Below are positions 40,067 to 54,063 of a DNA stretch of 64,000 bases, in pieces. Under the pieces are notes generated by a model, which worked only from the letters and a program-made list of their open reading frames with translations, was not told the DNA's origin and did no database searches. The stretch lies in assembly GCA_951406725.2 (NCBI GenBank), contig OX597822.1, positions 24,490,001-24,554,000 of the forward strand, written 5' to 3'. Numbering within the stretch: the stretch's first letter is position 1; each line of letters begins with the position of its first letter. The stretch comes from Octopus vulgaris. Lineage: Eukaryota. Position numbers and translations under genes: made by a program.

Positions 40067-40799
40067 TTTAAACTGCACCATCGCGTCAGCTCCATAGAAA
40101 CAAGTTCTTCTCAATACGCCTTGATATTCATAACGTAAAGAATTGGAACGAATGCTGCAAGGCATTTAATTGTATCGAATGCTCTGAAGATTCTTCCAAA
40201 TCACGGTCTTGTAATGTGGCAAATTGAATGAGTCGAAAGTGCGCTGGAAAGAATTCCTCGTCTCTAACCTTCAAATACTTCCGAAGTCAACTTTTTCTTT
40301 CATCTTTTCCAGCAAAGGTTTCTAATTTTGGTACGAGGTCAACAGTTTTGAGATGAGGGGACTAGTTGATTCCATCAAACCCAGTGCTTTACTGGTACTT
40401 TGATTTATCGACCCCGAAAGGGCGAAAAGCAAAGTTGAACACGGAATATGAAGTACAAGAAGAAACAACACAAGGTATTTTTGTCTGACGATTTGACTAA
40501 ATTCTACCCAGTTCTGAAATGGACAAAGGGCGAGCTACAGAACTTGGCTAGAATTAGAAAGCTGTTCACAATGCAATCCACCCTAAAATACCGATCGACT
40601 CTATCTACAAAGAAAGGAATGTAGGAGAGCATTACTAAATGCAGAAGACAGTTAATACTGCGATACTGGGTCTGAAAAACTATGTCGTGCAGAGTCAAGA
40701 AAGGCAGAATGACTGAAACAGTAGAAGGATTGAAAGAGAAAAGAAGGAAGAACAACAGAACAAACAAATGGAAAGAAATGGAATTACTTGGTTAATTTA

Positions 40800-41600
40800 T
40801 GTCAAACACCTGCTGTCGCGTGTGGGAATCCGGCTACCAGCCGAATCCATTGTGAAGATTGCCCTGCCGCTCTCTTTTGGCCGGGAGGCGCAGGCAATTT
40901 TTATGTCTAGTGGCTGTAGCGAAAGAGGTAGTATATGGGCGACCCGTTTGAAAGTGCTAAAGACAGACACTTTTCTCTTTGGCCAAGCCCTCACCAACTT
41001 TTTCAAGTTTCACTTGAAAAGGAAGCTGAGGATGGAGAGGGGAGTGTTGCCTTGTAGCAAGTTTACATTATTTACATTTGACGGATATTTGTCCTCATCC
41101 ATCAAATGTAAATAATATAAACAATATATCCTCTGTGTGAAAAGTCTGGCTGCATACAATTGACAGCACAGTTAATTAAGATTTATTTAGTGAGTTCTAT
41201 TCAACACATGTTTACATGTGAAATTAGCAGAATCATTATTAACTTTAGATGGCTCGCAGGCGAGGTGAACAAATTAGTGAGAGAGATAGACTGGCAATAC
41301 TTCTACGCCACCAGCAGTCTTGGGAAGAGCTATCTGAGCGGAAAATTCGTTGATGTATTCAACGTCAAACTCGTGTTCGGCGTCAAATAGTTGACTGTCG
41401 TGGTGGTAACAGATTCGTGTAATAAATTTTGTGTTTATCTTTGTTTCTTAATATATATTTTTTCGGATGCAGCCAGACTTTTCACACAGGTACATAATTC
41501 CTCATCTTTTAAATATAGAATTGTAGCAAGTTTGTTGAAAGATAGGTGAATGTTGGAAGAATGACCAGTGTGAAAGGACCAATTCTGAGCGTGCACCTGT
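40800..41600 (+). mobile_element. Tx1/L1-like ORF2 C-terminal remnant, interrupted at 41065-41520
   Basis: W.TRLK...FFKFHLKRKLRMER..L...KF|VER* resumes after the insertion. Confidence 0.55.
41065..41520. mobile_element. Collapsed copy of the inverted-dimer element (locus 3) with a TA-type MITE (about 41130-41490) inside
   Basis: TTGTAGCAAGTTT repeated at 41052-41064 and 41521-41533; both termini of the family retained; MITE TIR CTGTGTGAAAAGTCTGGCTGCAT. Confidence 0.8.
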
Positions 41601-41880
41601 AAAAAACTAAAGAAGGGCTATTTCTATAATATTATTATCGTTGTAAGACGATATTATTAAGACGATAATATTATTATCGTTGTAAGGAGGTAAGACGTGT
41701 TTTTTGAGCTCCGTTAAAAGTTGTATATTTTTGTCGAAAATTTGTTGAATTCCTGTTTTTGTTACTCTAATTGTTGTTGCAAGGTAGCTGCCCTCGTGGG
41801 GAGCTAGTTTTTGTTTTTCAAAAAGCTCTCTTTTGGGGCTAAATACTCACTGTTTTCGAAAATTTTCGAAAATAAAAGCA

Positions 41881-43286
41881 ATGGCTACTGAGCGAGGATG
41901 TACGAGCGGAAGTTTATTTAAACAGCCATTTCGACGAGGACTTCCCCGCCCTCACCATCTCTACTTTTCCTGAACGGGAGAGGGAGAAAGAGAGAAAAGA
42001 AGAAAGCAAGAGAAAAATGACACTGACACTACTACTACTACTACTACCACCACCATCACAACAACAGCAACAACAAACACGAACAACAGCAACAAACTAA
42101 GCGGCAACAGTTTCGCCTCGGCAGCAAAACAAACCAGACAATTAATTTAACAATTGATGACTTAAAAAATGTAAAGGGGTTGTTAGGGACGGAAAAGAAT
42201 AATGTCTTCCTTAACACTCCACAAGAACCGATAACATAAACCAAAAACAAAAAAAAAAACGGTGATATACAGGACATTGAATATTTAAAAAATGTAGAAC
42301 GAGCTACTCAGCAGCAGTTAGAAATTGTGTCAAAGCCAGTATGGACCAAGAAAACGTATGTGACCAGAGGAAAACGCTTCGGCACTGTGGAAGTGCGCTT
42401 CGCAACGGAAGAAGAAGCAAGACAACATTCCTCAGTGCTACTAAAGACTGAGAAATTCCTGCTCGTGCCGACATATTTTGGCCGGCACGTCACAAAAATT
42501 AAAATTGGGGAGATGCCCCCTGAAATAAATATATGCTAGCTGGTGGCGGCTGTCCATTTAGACATCGAGGACAGCGTCACAATACTGGAGGTTCATAAAT
42601 TGCACTAACAAAATTGGATGGGTCAGGGGTTGGAGCTCCTTGTTCAAATTGAACACAAGGCCTTAAATTCAGTGCCTGACTCGATAAACCTGCCTGACGG
42701 CACCAGACTGCACGTGGCTGTGGAGGGCAGGGGGTCGAGATGCTATTTTTGTGGTGACCAAGGCCACTTCAGAAGGAGAGGCGACCGGCCCTTCTGCTGA
42801 CACCAGAACCGGGGGCACCTCCACTACAGTAGCAGCAACAGAAACCAACCCAAACACCAACACCATCACGAGCAGCAGCAACAACAGCGACGACGCCCCC
42901 AGCCGTCGCCAGGGCACCACCAACATCAACAACGACACCAGCCGGAGTACCACTACTACCAGCCGGAGTAACAGTAGCAGTAATCCCCCCCGCCAACAGT
43001 TACTTCAGCAGCAACAGAGGAACCCCAACAAAACCAAGCCCCAGAGAAAATACTCCTTCCCAACCAAAACAACTCCCCAAACAACCCCCACCCCCCCAAA
43101 AAAAAGAAAAGGACAAAAAAGGGGACCGCAAACAAGAGGCACTTCCCAACAGCAATACACACACACACATACACAACAACAACAACAACAACCAACAACG
43201 ACAACACCTCCACCAACACTACCATCTCAAACACCAACACAATGCACAACACAGATTACACAAACACCACCAATCACACAACCATC

Positions 43287-43290
<4 letters not shown>
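41881..43290 (+). mobile_element. Tx1/L1-like ORF1 (gag-like) pseudogene
   Basis: RRM-like GKRFGTVEVRFATEEEA, then VPDSINLPDGTRLHVAVEGR..RCYFCGDQGH zinc knuckle and a Thr/Gln/Pro low-complexity tail; in-frame stops. Confidence 0.7.
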
Positions 43291-43325
<35 letters not shown>

Positions 43326-44194
43326 GACGAGCTTCCATGCAGTTTTCCTCTACCGAATTCACTCACGATGCCTTGTTCGTGATGCGGGTACAGTAAAAGA
43401 CACTTAACCAAGATGGCGCTCGAAACCACGTATCGACATGTTAGCATCCTTATTATTAACAGATTCATTATCAAACCGGAAATTTAAAGGCGAAATAATA
43501 AATAAAAAAAGAAGTATTTTAAGGAATCTATGTTGGTTGAACTACTTCAAGGAACTAAAGCATTCGTTATGGAAAGCTTATAGAATGAAAGCCGACAATC
43601 AGAAATAAAATATATAGAAGAAAAAACAGAAAAAACAACTGCTTACATGACGTGCACGCCGGTTCTTAAGGTCTAATTAGATTCGATGTTAGCATAATTC
43701 TCAAGCGTATTGGATACATATTCATGCGTAACTTTCCATTGATATGCAATATATTTATTTTGATCAAGTTTCTATTGATGTAGCTCTGGGTTAAAATTGA
43801 TTTTATTATTAAGTTTGAAGATTTTTGTGTTTTGTTTCTTTATTTTTCCTTTCTGTTTTTCTTTACTTTCCTTTTCTTTTCTTTTTTTATGAGAAGTTTT
43901 TTCGTAATCAGAGTTTGTTTTTGCCTTCGACACATGCAGACACATTGTTTTAAAAATTGCTTTTGGCGTTTTGTTTCTCTAGTTTCAGATATGTTGCCTG
44001 CGTAACAAGGGCAGCGGATCGGCAGATTCATTACCGAGCCGGATAAAATGCTTAGCGGCATTTCTTCTAGATTTACGTTTTGAGTTCAAATTCCGCCGAG
44101 GTCAAATTTAATTTTTATCCTTTCGGAGTCAATGTGGTCGAATTAACCCCACCTCCTCGCGAAATTGCTGGCCGCTTGTCAAAACTATTGTTAT

Positions 44195-44785
44195 TATTCT
44201 ATGTTTGACTTTTGCTTTACATTTGTACAAGTTGGCTCCAAGTCTCACCCAAAGACCTCAAGAGACAAAAAGTTGGGAGTTCATGTTGGTGTTATGCCTA
44301 GTGTGCCATATATTTGGTTTTATACTTAGTGTTGTACTAGTGAATGTCTAAAAAACCATACGAAAATTATGTTTGTTTTAAAACTTGAGATTATATAGAA
44401 AGTATTTTGCGTAGGATATGAGCAGTTCCCATGAGCACTATCTTTTGAATTTCTGCCATTTTTGGGTTTCCTGGTCTCTGAGTTAGGTAGCAATCACCCC
44501 CTTTTGCTATCATTCCCAGGGCACCTATGACAACAGGTATTATTTTAGTCTTCAGGTTCCACATTTTGCTGATTTCTATTTCAAGATCTTTATATTTGCT
44601 CAGTTTTTGGTAGATCTTGACAGATACGTTTATATCGATTGGGACAGTCATATCAATGAGGAGGCATGTTCTTTGTCTGAAGTCTTTCAATATGATGTCT
44701 GGCCTATTTGCATCTATCTTTCTGTCAGTTTGAATGGCGAAGTTCCAGAGGAGTGAGATGTGGTCATTTTCAAGTACTGGAAAAT
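44195..44785 (-). mobile_element. R4/Dong-clade restriction-like endonuclease domain and 3' UTR
   Basis: LLWNFAIQTDRKIDANRPDII...CLLIDMTVP...KLSKYKDLEIEISKMW...IPVVIGALG. Confidence 0.85.
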
Positions 44786-44904
44786 TGATCAGAATATTTG
44801 CAGTAGGCCATTTTTATACCAAGACAAAACAAAGTACATGATAACACTTCCAATCAGTTAAGATGAGATGCCATGAAAACCACTGCCTGGTACTGCATCA
44901 GGGC

Positions 44905-44956
<52 letters not shown>

Positions 44957-44958
44957 GT

Positions 44959-46160
<1,202 letters not shown>

Positions 46161-46190
46161 GATAGGGATTGTTTCTGTTTATTATTATTA

Positions 46191-46266
<76 letters not shown>

Positions 46267-46479
46267 GGCGGCGAGTGCACAAAAAGAGTATAAACGCAGA
46301 CATGACTGTAAAGGCAAAAGAGTGCATTGGGATGTTAGCATGAAACTTCAAAAGTAACAGAACACGAAGACGAACCAGAGACTGTGATAGAAAATGAGAA
46401 CAGAAAGATTAACTGTCGAATTCTCACCTTTTTTAAGGTTAACATATCAATCAGTCTCTGTAAAGGAATATGCAGTACT

Positions 46480-47590
46480 TATGGTAAATTAATGAGTTAC
46501 GAACTCTGCGCAACCAACGACCTACTCCTTTGCTAAAAGATCTAGGTAAACTTCCTACTAACTATACTATGACAGTTGACCTTAATCTGGAGGAGGCTTT
46601 ACTCTATAATAACGGACCAAATGCACACAACCGTATTCTAGTGTTTGGTACCAGTGATGGCCTCAAACTCTTTACTGGTGCTGATACTCTCTCTATAGAT
46701 GGCAAACTTGCTATGGCTCCAACTATTTTCAAACAGATCTATGTCATCCGTATCCCTTTTGGTGATACAGCTGTTACTTCAGTGTACGTTCTTCTTCCAA
46801 ACAAGACTCGTGCCACCTTCGAAGAACTCTTTCAGGCTATAGTTGATAAGTGAAGACCTAAGCTATTCTATTAATGTGCAAACCGTGGTTACTGATTTTG
46901 AAGGTGGTGTACTGAGAACTGTTCTTGCAGTGTTTGGCCGCGATGTAGAGAGCAAAGGTTCTCCCTATCATCTTACGCAGTCCATTTGACGTAAGATCCA
47001 GGAACTGGGTTTGGGAACACAGTATAATACCAATGCTGTGTTGCGTTTGTTTTGTGGCATGATTGATTCTCTAGCTTTTTTTGCCCCTAGAAGACGTTAA
47101 TGAAGGTATGGGATACTTCAAAACTGTCATTCCACAGGATCGACCTGAAGCCGAGGAGTTGCCCATGTACTTCGATTTTACTTATGTTAGTGGCTCCTTT
47201 CGACTGATTCAGCAGCCAATTGCCATGTCCAGTGATGCCCCTGAGAATGCGTCACATTCCACCTACGTTTGCCCCTCACCTATGGAATGTGCATGACGCC
47301 ACTATGAACAACAACGCTCGTACCAACAACATCTGCGAAGGGTGGAATAGTAAATTCTTCAACCACGTTGGTCACTACCATTCTTCACTCTGGCGTGTCA
47401 ACGTGGAGAAGCGACAGCGAGCACCATTATCCAGCAGGATGCTGTTGGTAGCCACCTCAAAGAAGAGTTCGTCGACGCTATCTGCAGCTACGAGAACGCC
47501 TTCGCAACTTGTGTGTTGCTCGGCGGAAGGACCACAGGACTGTGACAGAGTTTCTTCGTGGCGTCGGCTCGAATATTCGTCTTAATCATT
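46480..47590 (+). mobile_element. Mutator/MULE transposase pseudogene (DDE domain)
   Basis: RILVFGT...SIDG....P.IFKQIYVI...VYVLLPNKTRATF, VVTDFE, YHLTQSI and RTNNICEGWN motifs; stops and frameshifts. Confidence 0.88.
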
Positions 47591-47699
47591 AGTATTAATA
47601 TATATATAATTACATATAATACAATATACATGTAATGCCACGATATTATGTAAGCTGTTATCAATCTGTACTGTCAATAAACGACTGAGTTAAATATTT

Positions 47700-48635
47700 T
47701 TGTGACATTTTTCTGTGACTTTTTTCTTGTAACTTTTTTCCTGTGACTTTTTCTGTGACTTTTTTCTTGTGACTTTTTTCTGTGACTTTTTCCTGTGACT
47801 TTTTCCTGTGACTTTTTTCTGTCACTTTTTTCTATGACTTTCTTCTGTGACTTTTTTCTGTGACTTTTTTCTTGTGACTTTTCTCTGTAACTTTTTTCTT
47901 GTGACTTTTTTCTGTTACTATTTTCTTGTGACTTTTTTCTTGTGACTCTTTTCTGTTACTTTTATCTTGTGACTTTTTCCTGTGACTTTTTTCTATGACT
48001 TTTTTCTGTGACTTTTTTCTGTGACTTTTTTCTTGTGACTTTATTCTGTGACTTTCTTCTGTGATTTTTTTCTTTGACTTTTTCTGTGACTTTTTTCTGT
48101 GCCTTTTTTCTGTGACTTTTTTCCTGTGACTTTTTTCTGTGACTTTTATCTGTGACTTATTTCTGTGTCTTTTTCCTGTGACTTTTTTCTGTGACTTTTT
48201 CTGTGACTTTTTTCTTGTAACTTTTTTGTGTGACTTTTTTATGTGATTTTTTCCTGTGACTTTTTCTTGTGACTTTTTTCTGTGACTTTTTGTGACTTTT
48301 TTCTGTGAACTTTTCTGTGACTTTTTTCTGTGACTTTTTTCTCTGACTTTTTTCTTCTGACTATTTTCCTAAAACTTTATTCTGTGACCTTTTTCTTGTG
48401 ACTTTTTTCTGTGACTTTTTCCTGTGACTTTTTTCTGTGACTTTTTTCTTCTGACTATTTTCCTAAAACTTTATTTTGTGACCTTTTTCTTGTGACTTTT
48501 TTCTGTGACTTTTTCCTGTGACTTTTTTCTGTGACTTTTTTGTTGTGACTTTTTCGTGTGACTTTATTGCCAGCCACCATAAATTAATTGTGACATTTTT
48601 TCCTGTGACTTTTTTCTGTGACTTTTTTCCTGTAA
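47700..48635. repeat. Minisatellite of about 13-14 bp units (TGTGACTTTTTTC[C/T])
   Basis: About 930 bp of degenerate tandem units directly 3' of the MULE ORF. Confidence 0.95.
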
Positions 48636-48654
48636 CTGTATTACCGGCCACTCC

Positions 48655-49047
48655 TGGGACTTCCCCATAAAACTATGAAGTAAGAAGACCAGATAGGATT
48701 ATAGGACACGAAATAAACAGTGAAATGTTAATAGATTTTGTGATTCCCTATTATAGCAGAGTCGATACCAAAGAAATTGAGAAAAAAAAACTGAGAAATT
48801 TCTGGATCTAGCCAGAGAATTGAGGAGACTGTGGAAGACCAAAACAACATTTATTCTTGTATTTGGCACAACACCCAACATGCTGCCTAAAAGACTGAAA
48901 GAAATTGGAATTGATACTCGCATGGTTGTCCTGCAGAAAAGTACCATCCTATATTCTGCAAAAAATCTTAAGAAAGATTCTTGAGATTCAAGGAGGCTTG
49001 TCACTGAGCCTTAAGATAAAATACCTTCTAAATTAGAATGCACTAGC

Positions 49048-49050
<3 letters not shown>
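48655..49050 (+). mobile_element. R4/Dong-like endonuclease remnant, continuing 46267-46410
   Basis: WDFPIK...RRPD...IDFVIP...DLARELRRLW...LQKSTILYSAK.L.K.L. Confidence 0.7.
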
Positions 49051-49079
<29 letters not shown>

Positions 49080-51578
49080 AAGAAGAAGAAGAAGAAGAAG
49101 AAGAAGAAGAAGAAGAAGAAGAAGGACGACGACGACGATTATAATAATAATGTGTGTGTGTGGAGAGAGAGTGAGAGAGAGAATGAGAAAGAGAGTGAGG
49201 GAGAGAGAGAGTGAGTAATGTATCGTTAGTATTTACCTATAGCTAGCAAGATATGCTTTGGTGCGTGGAAAAGACAATATTAGTTAATGACTAATATTGT
49301 TTTAATTCTTCCAAAAGAAGCGGGAGAACCACCAGCTATGTTTCAACCTTACAGAACCTCCTCGGAAAGCATAGGCCTCACTGCGAACTTCGTTTTTCTT
49401 ATAAGACGATTGTGTGCTATATGAAACGGATTTTGTTGCTCTCTCTAGCAGGTCGAGCAACCACATAGAGACACCTTCGATTTTAATGTTTGGCAATACG
49501 ACTTGTCAGTACTGTCAGGACTGCTCTAAACATCGATGGTTCTCACGAGAGAATCGCAGATAAATGTACAATATGATGTACGAAAGTCCTTGTAATTCTA
49601 AATGAGTACTTGTGACTTCAAAGTGAGAAAAGCGATCTCAAAGAGAGAATCTAACGTTCGAAACTTAAACTACTGATTCTTTAAACTTTTTACTCTTTAC
49701 TCTTTTATTTGTTTCAGTCATTTGACTGTGGCCATGCTGGAACACCGCCTTTAGTCGAGCAAATCGACCCCAGGACTTATTCTTTGTAAGCCTAGTACTT
49801 ATTCTATCGGTCTCTTTTGCCGAACCGCTAAGTTACGGGGACGTAAACACACCAGCACCGGTTGTCAAGCGATGTTGGGGGGACTAACACAGACATATAC
49901 AGACATGTGTATATATATATATATATATACATATATACCACGGGCTTCTTTCAGTTTCCGTCTACCAAATCCACTCACAAGGCTTTGGTCGGCCCGAGGC
50001 TTTAGTAGAAGACACTTGCCCAAGGTGTCACGCAGTGGGACTGAACCTGGAACCATATGGTTTGTAAGCAAGCTACTTACCACACAGCCACTCCTACGCC
50101 TTTTTTTAATATCAAAAGCCTTGACAAGCAGCAGTCAACTTATAGATTCTTACGACTGTGGGCCGGACAAGAAGGATCTTGTTCTGCCGATACACATTTG
50201 TTTGAAGACTTTGTTGAATGGCTGATAAGTTGACATGTTTGAATTATGAGCTAAGAGTGGAATGACACTTCAGTCATGTTTTATTGATTACGCTTAAGGT
50301 TTTTATTTAACGATATTTACAATCGTTAAATACAAATGTATGAATCGGGATTCCCAGTGCAGGAACTAATGAGTGATGCGCCGTAAGTGAAAAGGGACGA
50401 GTGAAGAAGGAAGGGACGTCAGGTAAAGACGCAGGCGATTCGAGCGTCTTCTTTTTGGTAGGGCAATGACAGAGAACGGTTGCATGGAATTTTCGAGGTC
50501 TTCGAGAATTCTGTCTATTGGCCAGAGGATACAATAGAGAGTGTCTCAGGGTGAACAACAAATTTCTGTCATTTTGCCAGCTCTAAGTAAAAGACCTTTC
50601 CCGTCCTTTACACTACGCAGAGAAAGAAATAAAATTGTTAGTAGTAAAAGAAATGATTTTTCAGTGAAGAAGTTGAGGAATGAAAATTGTTTTATCAAAC
50701 GTCAGACCGAAAATACCGTAAATCCTCGAGTATAGTTCGCCCTTGAGTATAATACGCAGGGGAATTTTAGGGGGCTGTACTTCTGAAAAACCTAAACCTT
50801 GTGTATAATACGCATCCCTTCTCTAACTTGAGTCGTGAGTAATTAAGCCAGCAGCACCTAGTCGAACCACCACTTCCGCGCATGCGTAATACAATAATGG
50901 TGCTGTTATTAACTGTTATATGGGAATGTAAATATGTTTGCAAATTGTATTTTTTTTTTACATGTTATTCTGTGTTCTGAATACTTTTATTTTAATAAAT
51001 GTTGCTTACTGTAAGTTATGGATGATTCTTCATTGCTTTCAGGCTTAGCTTAAGGTATTTTCGCACCCGACATCACAGAATGCGTCTGAATAAACATTGC
51101 CGGACAGCAAATAGAGACTCGGACATTGCTTAGAAAATATTTTTCATTTTTAACCTCGTATGTAGTACGCACTAGAGATTTTGACCTTTAAATTTGGGGG
51201 AGGGGGTGCTGATTATACTCGAGAATTTACGGTATCGCTCCCAGTTGCAATAAGCCAAATATCTTCAAGAAAGATGAATGGCAGGTTCTTTATAAACCGG
51301 GAAGCCGGCTTTATAAATCTATATGAGAGTTCTCAATCGGGGCCCACGTTAAATTTTGTTAAAATTTATGTACAATGAATCGATTATGCTTCTACAATTA
51401 ACAAAATAGTTTAATAATTTTTTTATACACTTCCTAATAAAATTTCATTTTCAAAATATAATGGGACGTTTATAAAATATTGAATGGATATGAGGGTCCA
51501 GTGGAGTAAAATAGGGACCAAAAAGGTCCATAAGCAAAAAATGGTTGAGAACAACCGGACCCCAGTACTTATTTTATT

Positions 51579-52560
51579 TGTAGCGTCTACTCAATGAAAT
51601 TCATCTCTCCATTATTATATATAAATACATACATTCGAACGTAGCAGATAACAGCTAACTTTTAGCCGCTATCTAGACCCCGTTGTGTCCACTACTCTGA
51701 TTGGTCGGTATTGGCGCAATCTGTATCTTACTCTGTTGCGCCAATCTGCTGCGTATAACCAATCGGAGCTCTAAATAAGATCACGTGAGACAGCCTTTTC
51801 TTAACTCAGATTGAGCCTACTGTTTCTTATAAAAACTCACCGTCTCGTCTCGAGGTCTTTGGTTCCAGACCTTCTAAGGTCTAGCCACTGACCACACAAG
51901 ACACAGCTAGTTCCAGCGACAACACCAGACGACAACACCTGTCCAACAGTAACACGTCCAGGTTTCACCACAGCACTGTTCGTGAATTACTTCACCCTGA
52001 ATCAACAGAAAAGATATAACTTGCGAGCTAGACGACAACACCCGTCCAACAGTATTACGGCACTCTCTTTCTTCGTTGCCACCATCATCTTAACGACGTT
52101 AACAACATCTCTACGTACATAGCTCAACCTGCAACACTGCACAGGTTCTAACATTGCACTGTTCGTGAATTACTTCACCATGGTTAACAGCAAATATACA
52201 ACCTGCTAGAACTCCCGTACAAGTAACCCAGGCAGCGGTATTACAGCCACAACTTCGTACGAAACGCACCGCAACCGGTTCTGCCTCATCGCCGCAACTT
52301 CTTGATATAGTATTTCTATTCCGTGTACAATCGACTACGAACTAGTATTTCTCATTCGTGTGTCTATAAACATTTGTCTGACTTCTCATTATAGACTCTT
52401 TCAATGTCTTCTTGTTATTCTTATATGTACTTAACGCACGCATACATCCATGTCTATACACGCATACACTTTGTTCTCATGACGGCCTGTCTATTATTCT
52501 GTATACATGATGCACACACAGACACACATATTAAGCTATCAATAAATCATCTACTAAATC
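51579..52560 (+). mobile_element. Solo-LTR-like repeat, 3'-truncated copy
   Basis: Homologous to 24001-25463; TGTAGCG start, CCAAT near 51759, CACGTG near 51782, TATAAAA near 51828, AATAAA at 52541. Confidence 0.65.
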
Positions 52561-54063
52561 TACTCACAAAGCTTTGGTCGGCCCGGAGCTATAGTTAAGG
52601 ACATTTATCCAAGGTGCACGCAATGGGACTGAACCCGGAACCATGTGGTTGACAAGCAAACTTCTTACTACGCAGCCTATACTTACATTTTAGACACATT
52701 TAAGAAAAGAAATTCGTCATGCAACAAAATTAGTGGGAAAACTAGCCGAGTGTTCATGTCGTTTTACGCAATCATAAAACTATGACCACCTACCAAATGG
52801 TTTGTTGCTCATTACCTTAACTGTCCTGAGATTCTCAGATAGCATCATGGAAGGCGTATTGTCATTATCAAGTTATTTTCTTTTTTTGACAAAAACGTGT
52901 TGGTGCTACTTTAGCGTGCGGTCTTGAAATCATTTTTACCGTGCGGTCTACCTTTCCTTACCCTCTTAACCCGAGTTAATTTTTACCGTTACAATGTTGT
53001 TAAAGGATTTCTATAGACGTATAATTTTACAGAGGCTATTGAGAGATCAAGGTTGGATTCCAAAACGACTATTTTAAAGAAAATGGGAGGCATTAGTAGT
53101 GAGCTTTTCCAGTCTTTGATCACTTTTGCTGGAAAGTTTCGGGAAAAGATACAGCAGATTTGATTGTGGCATTCCTAAATGACGTACGAAGCATGTATCG
53201 TTAATTAAGATTTAATTGTAAGTTATTAATAAATCATTACTCAACATTAATCAATTTGTTTTTATCATCCTGTTGTATAAAGTTCTTATAGTGGAGGTAG
53301 ATCGCACGCTAAAATGTAAAAGGGTAAGAAAAGGTAGACCACACGCTAAAAGTAATTTCACAGCATAGACAGAATACTGCGGTAGACCACACGCTAAAGT
53401 AGGATACTGCGATAGACAGTACGCTAAAGAAGGCACGAAGACGTTTCCTATGGTCGGTATCACTCCAAAAGCCACAATGAATGCTTTTATGTTATGCAGT
53501 AACTCTGTGGTTGGAAGTGAGGAAATCGTGTTCGCATTATAATTTCGCTGGAACCTTGTATTATATTGGTGGAAATAATTTGCTATGAGCTAACTTGATT
53601 AATTTGACAAATAATGCTTGTTAACGATGTTTATTTTTTAGCTGACAATTGATAATTTTTGCATGCGTCATTATTTTAGCAAACAATTAAGGCCCTAGAA
53701 TATGATAACAGCAGAAGTATACACCGTGTAATCGAAAGTATATGGAAACATCTGAAGAATGGTTTCATTAACTTCAACTACAAGGAAAGGCATGTGTTTC
53801 TGATGCGTGTGTTGTGGAACCTAAAGTCGGGGAAAGTACATGACTATCTTCGTAACGTTTACCATGAACATGACGAGGTGAAATTTCGGAAATTGGAATG
53901 TATTTTAAAAATTCGGCAAGCCAGTGCATGTTTACTCATCTTAGAACATTGCATATCTCATGTTAGTTAGTTAGTTAGTTAATTTGGCTCAAAAGCAAAT
54001 AGCAAGGCCATGTAGGGGGACATGGAGTTAAGTACAGGGTGGTGTTCATGTAAAGAGTTCAGG

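Noticed and set aside
47700-48635. CRISPR-like array
   Set aside because: Contiguous degenerate tandem units with no unique spacers; eukaryotic context; no cas genes
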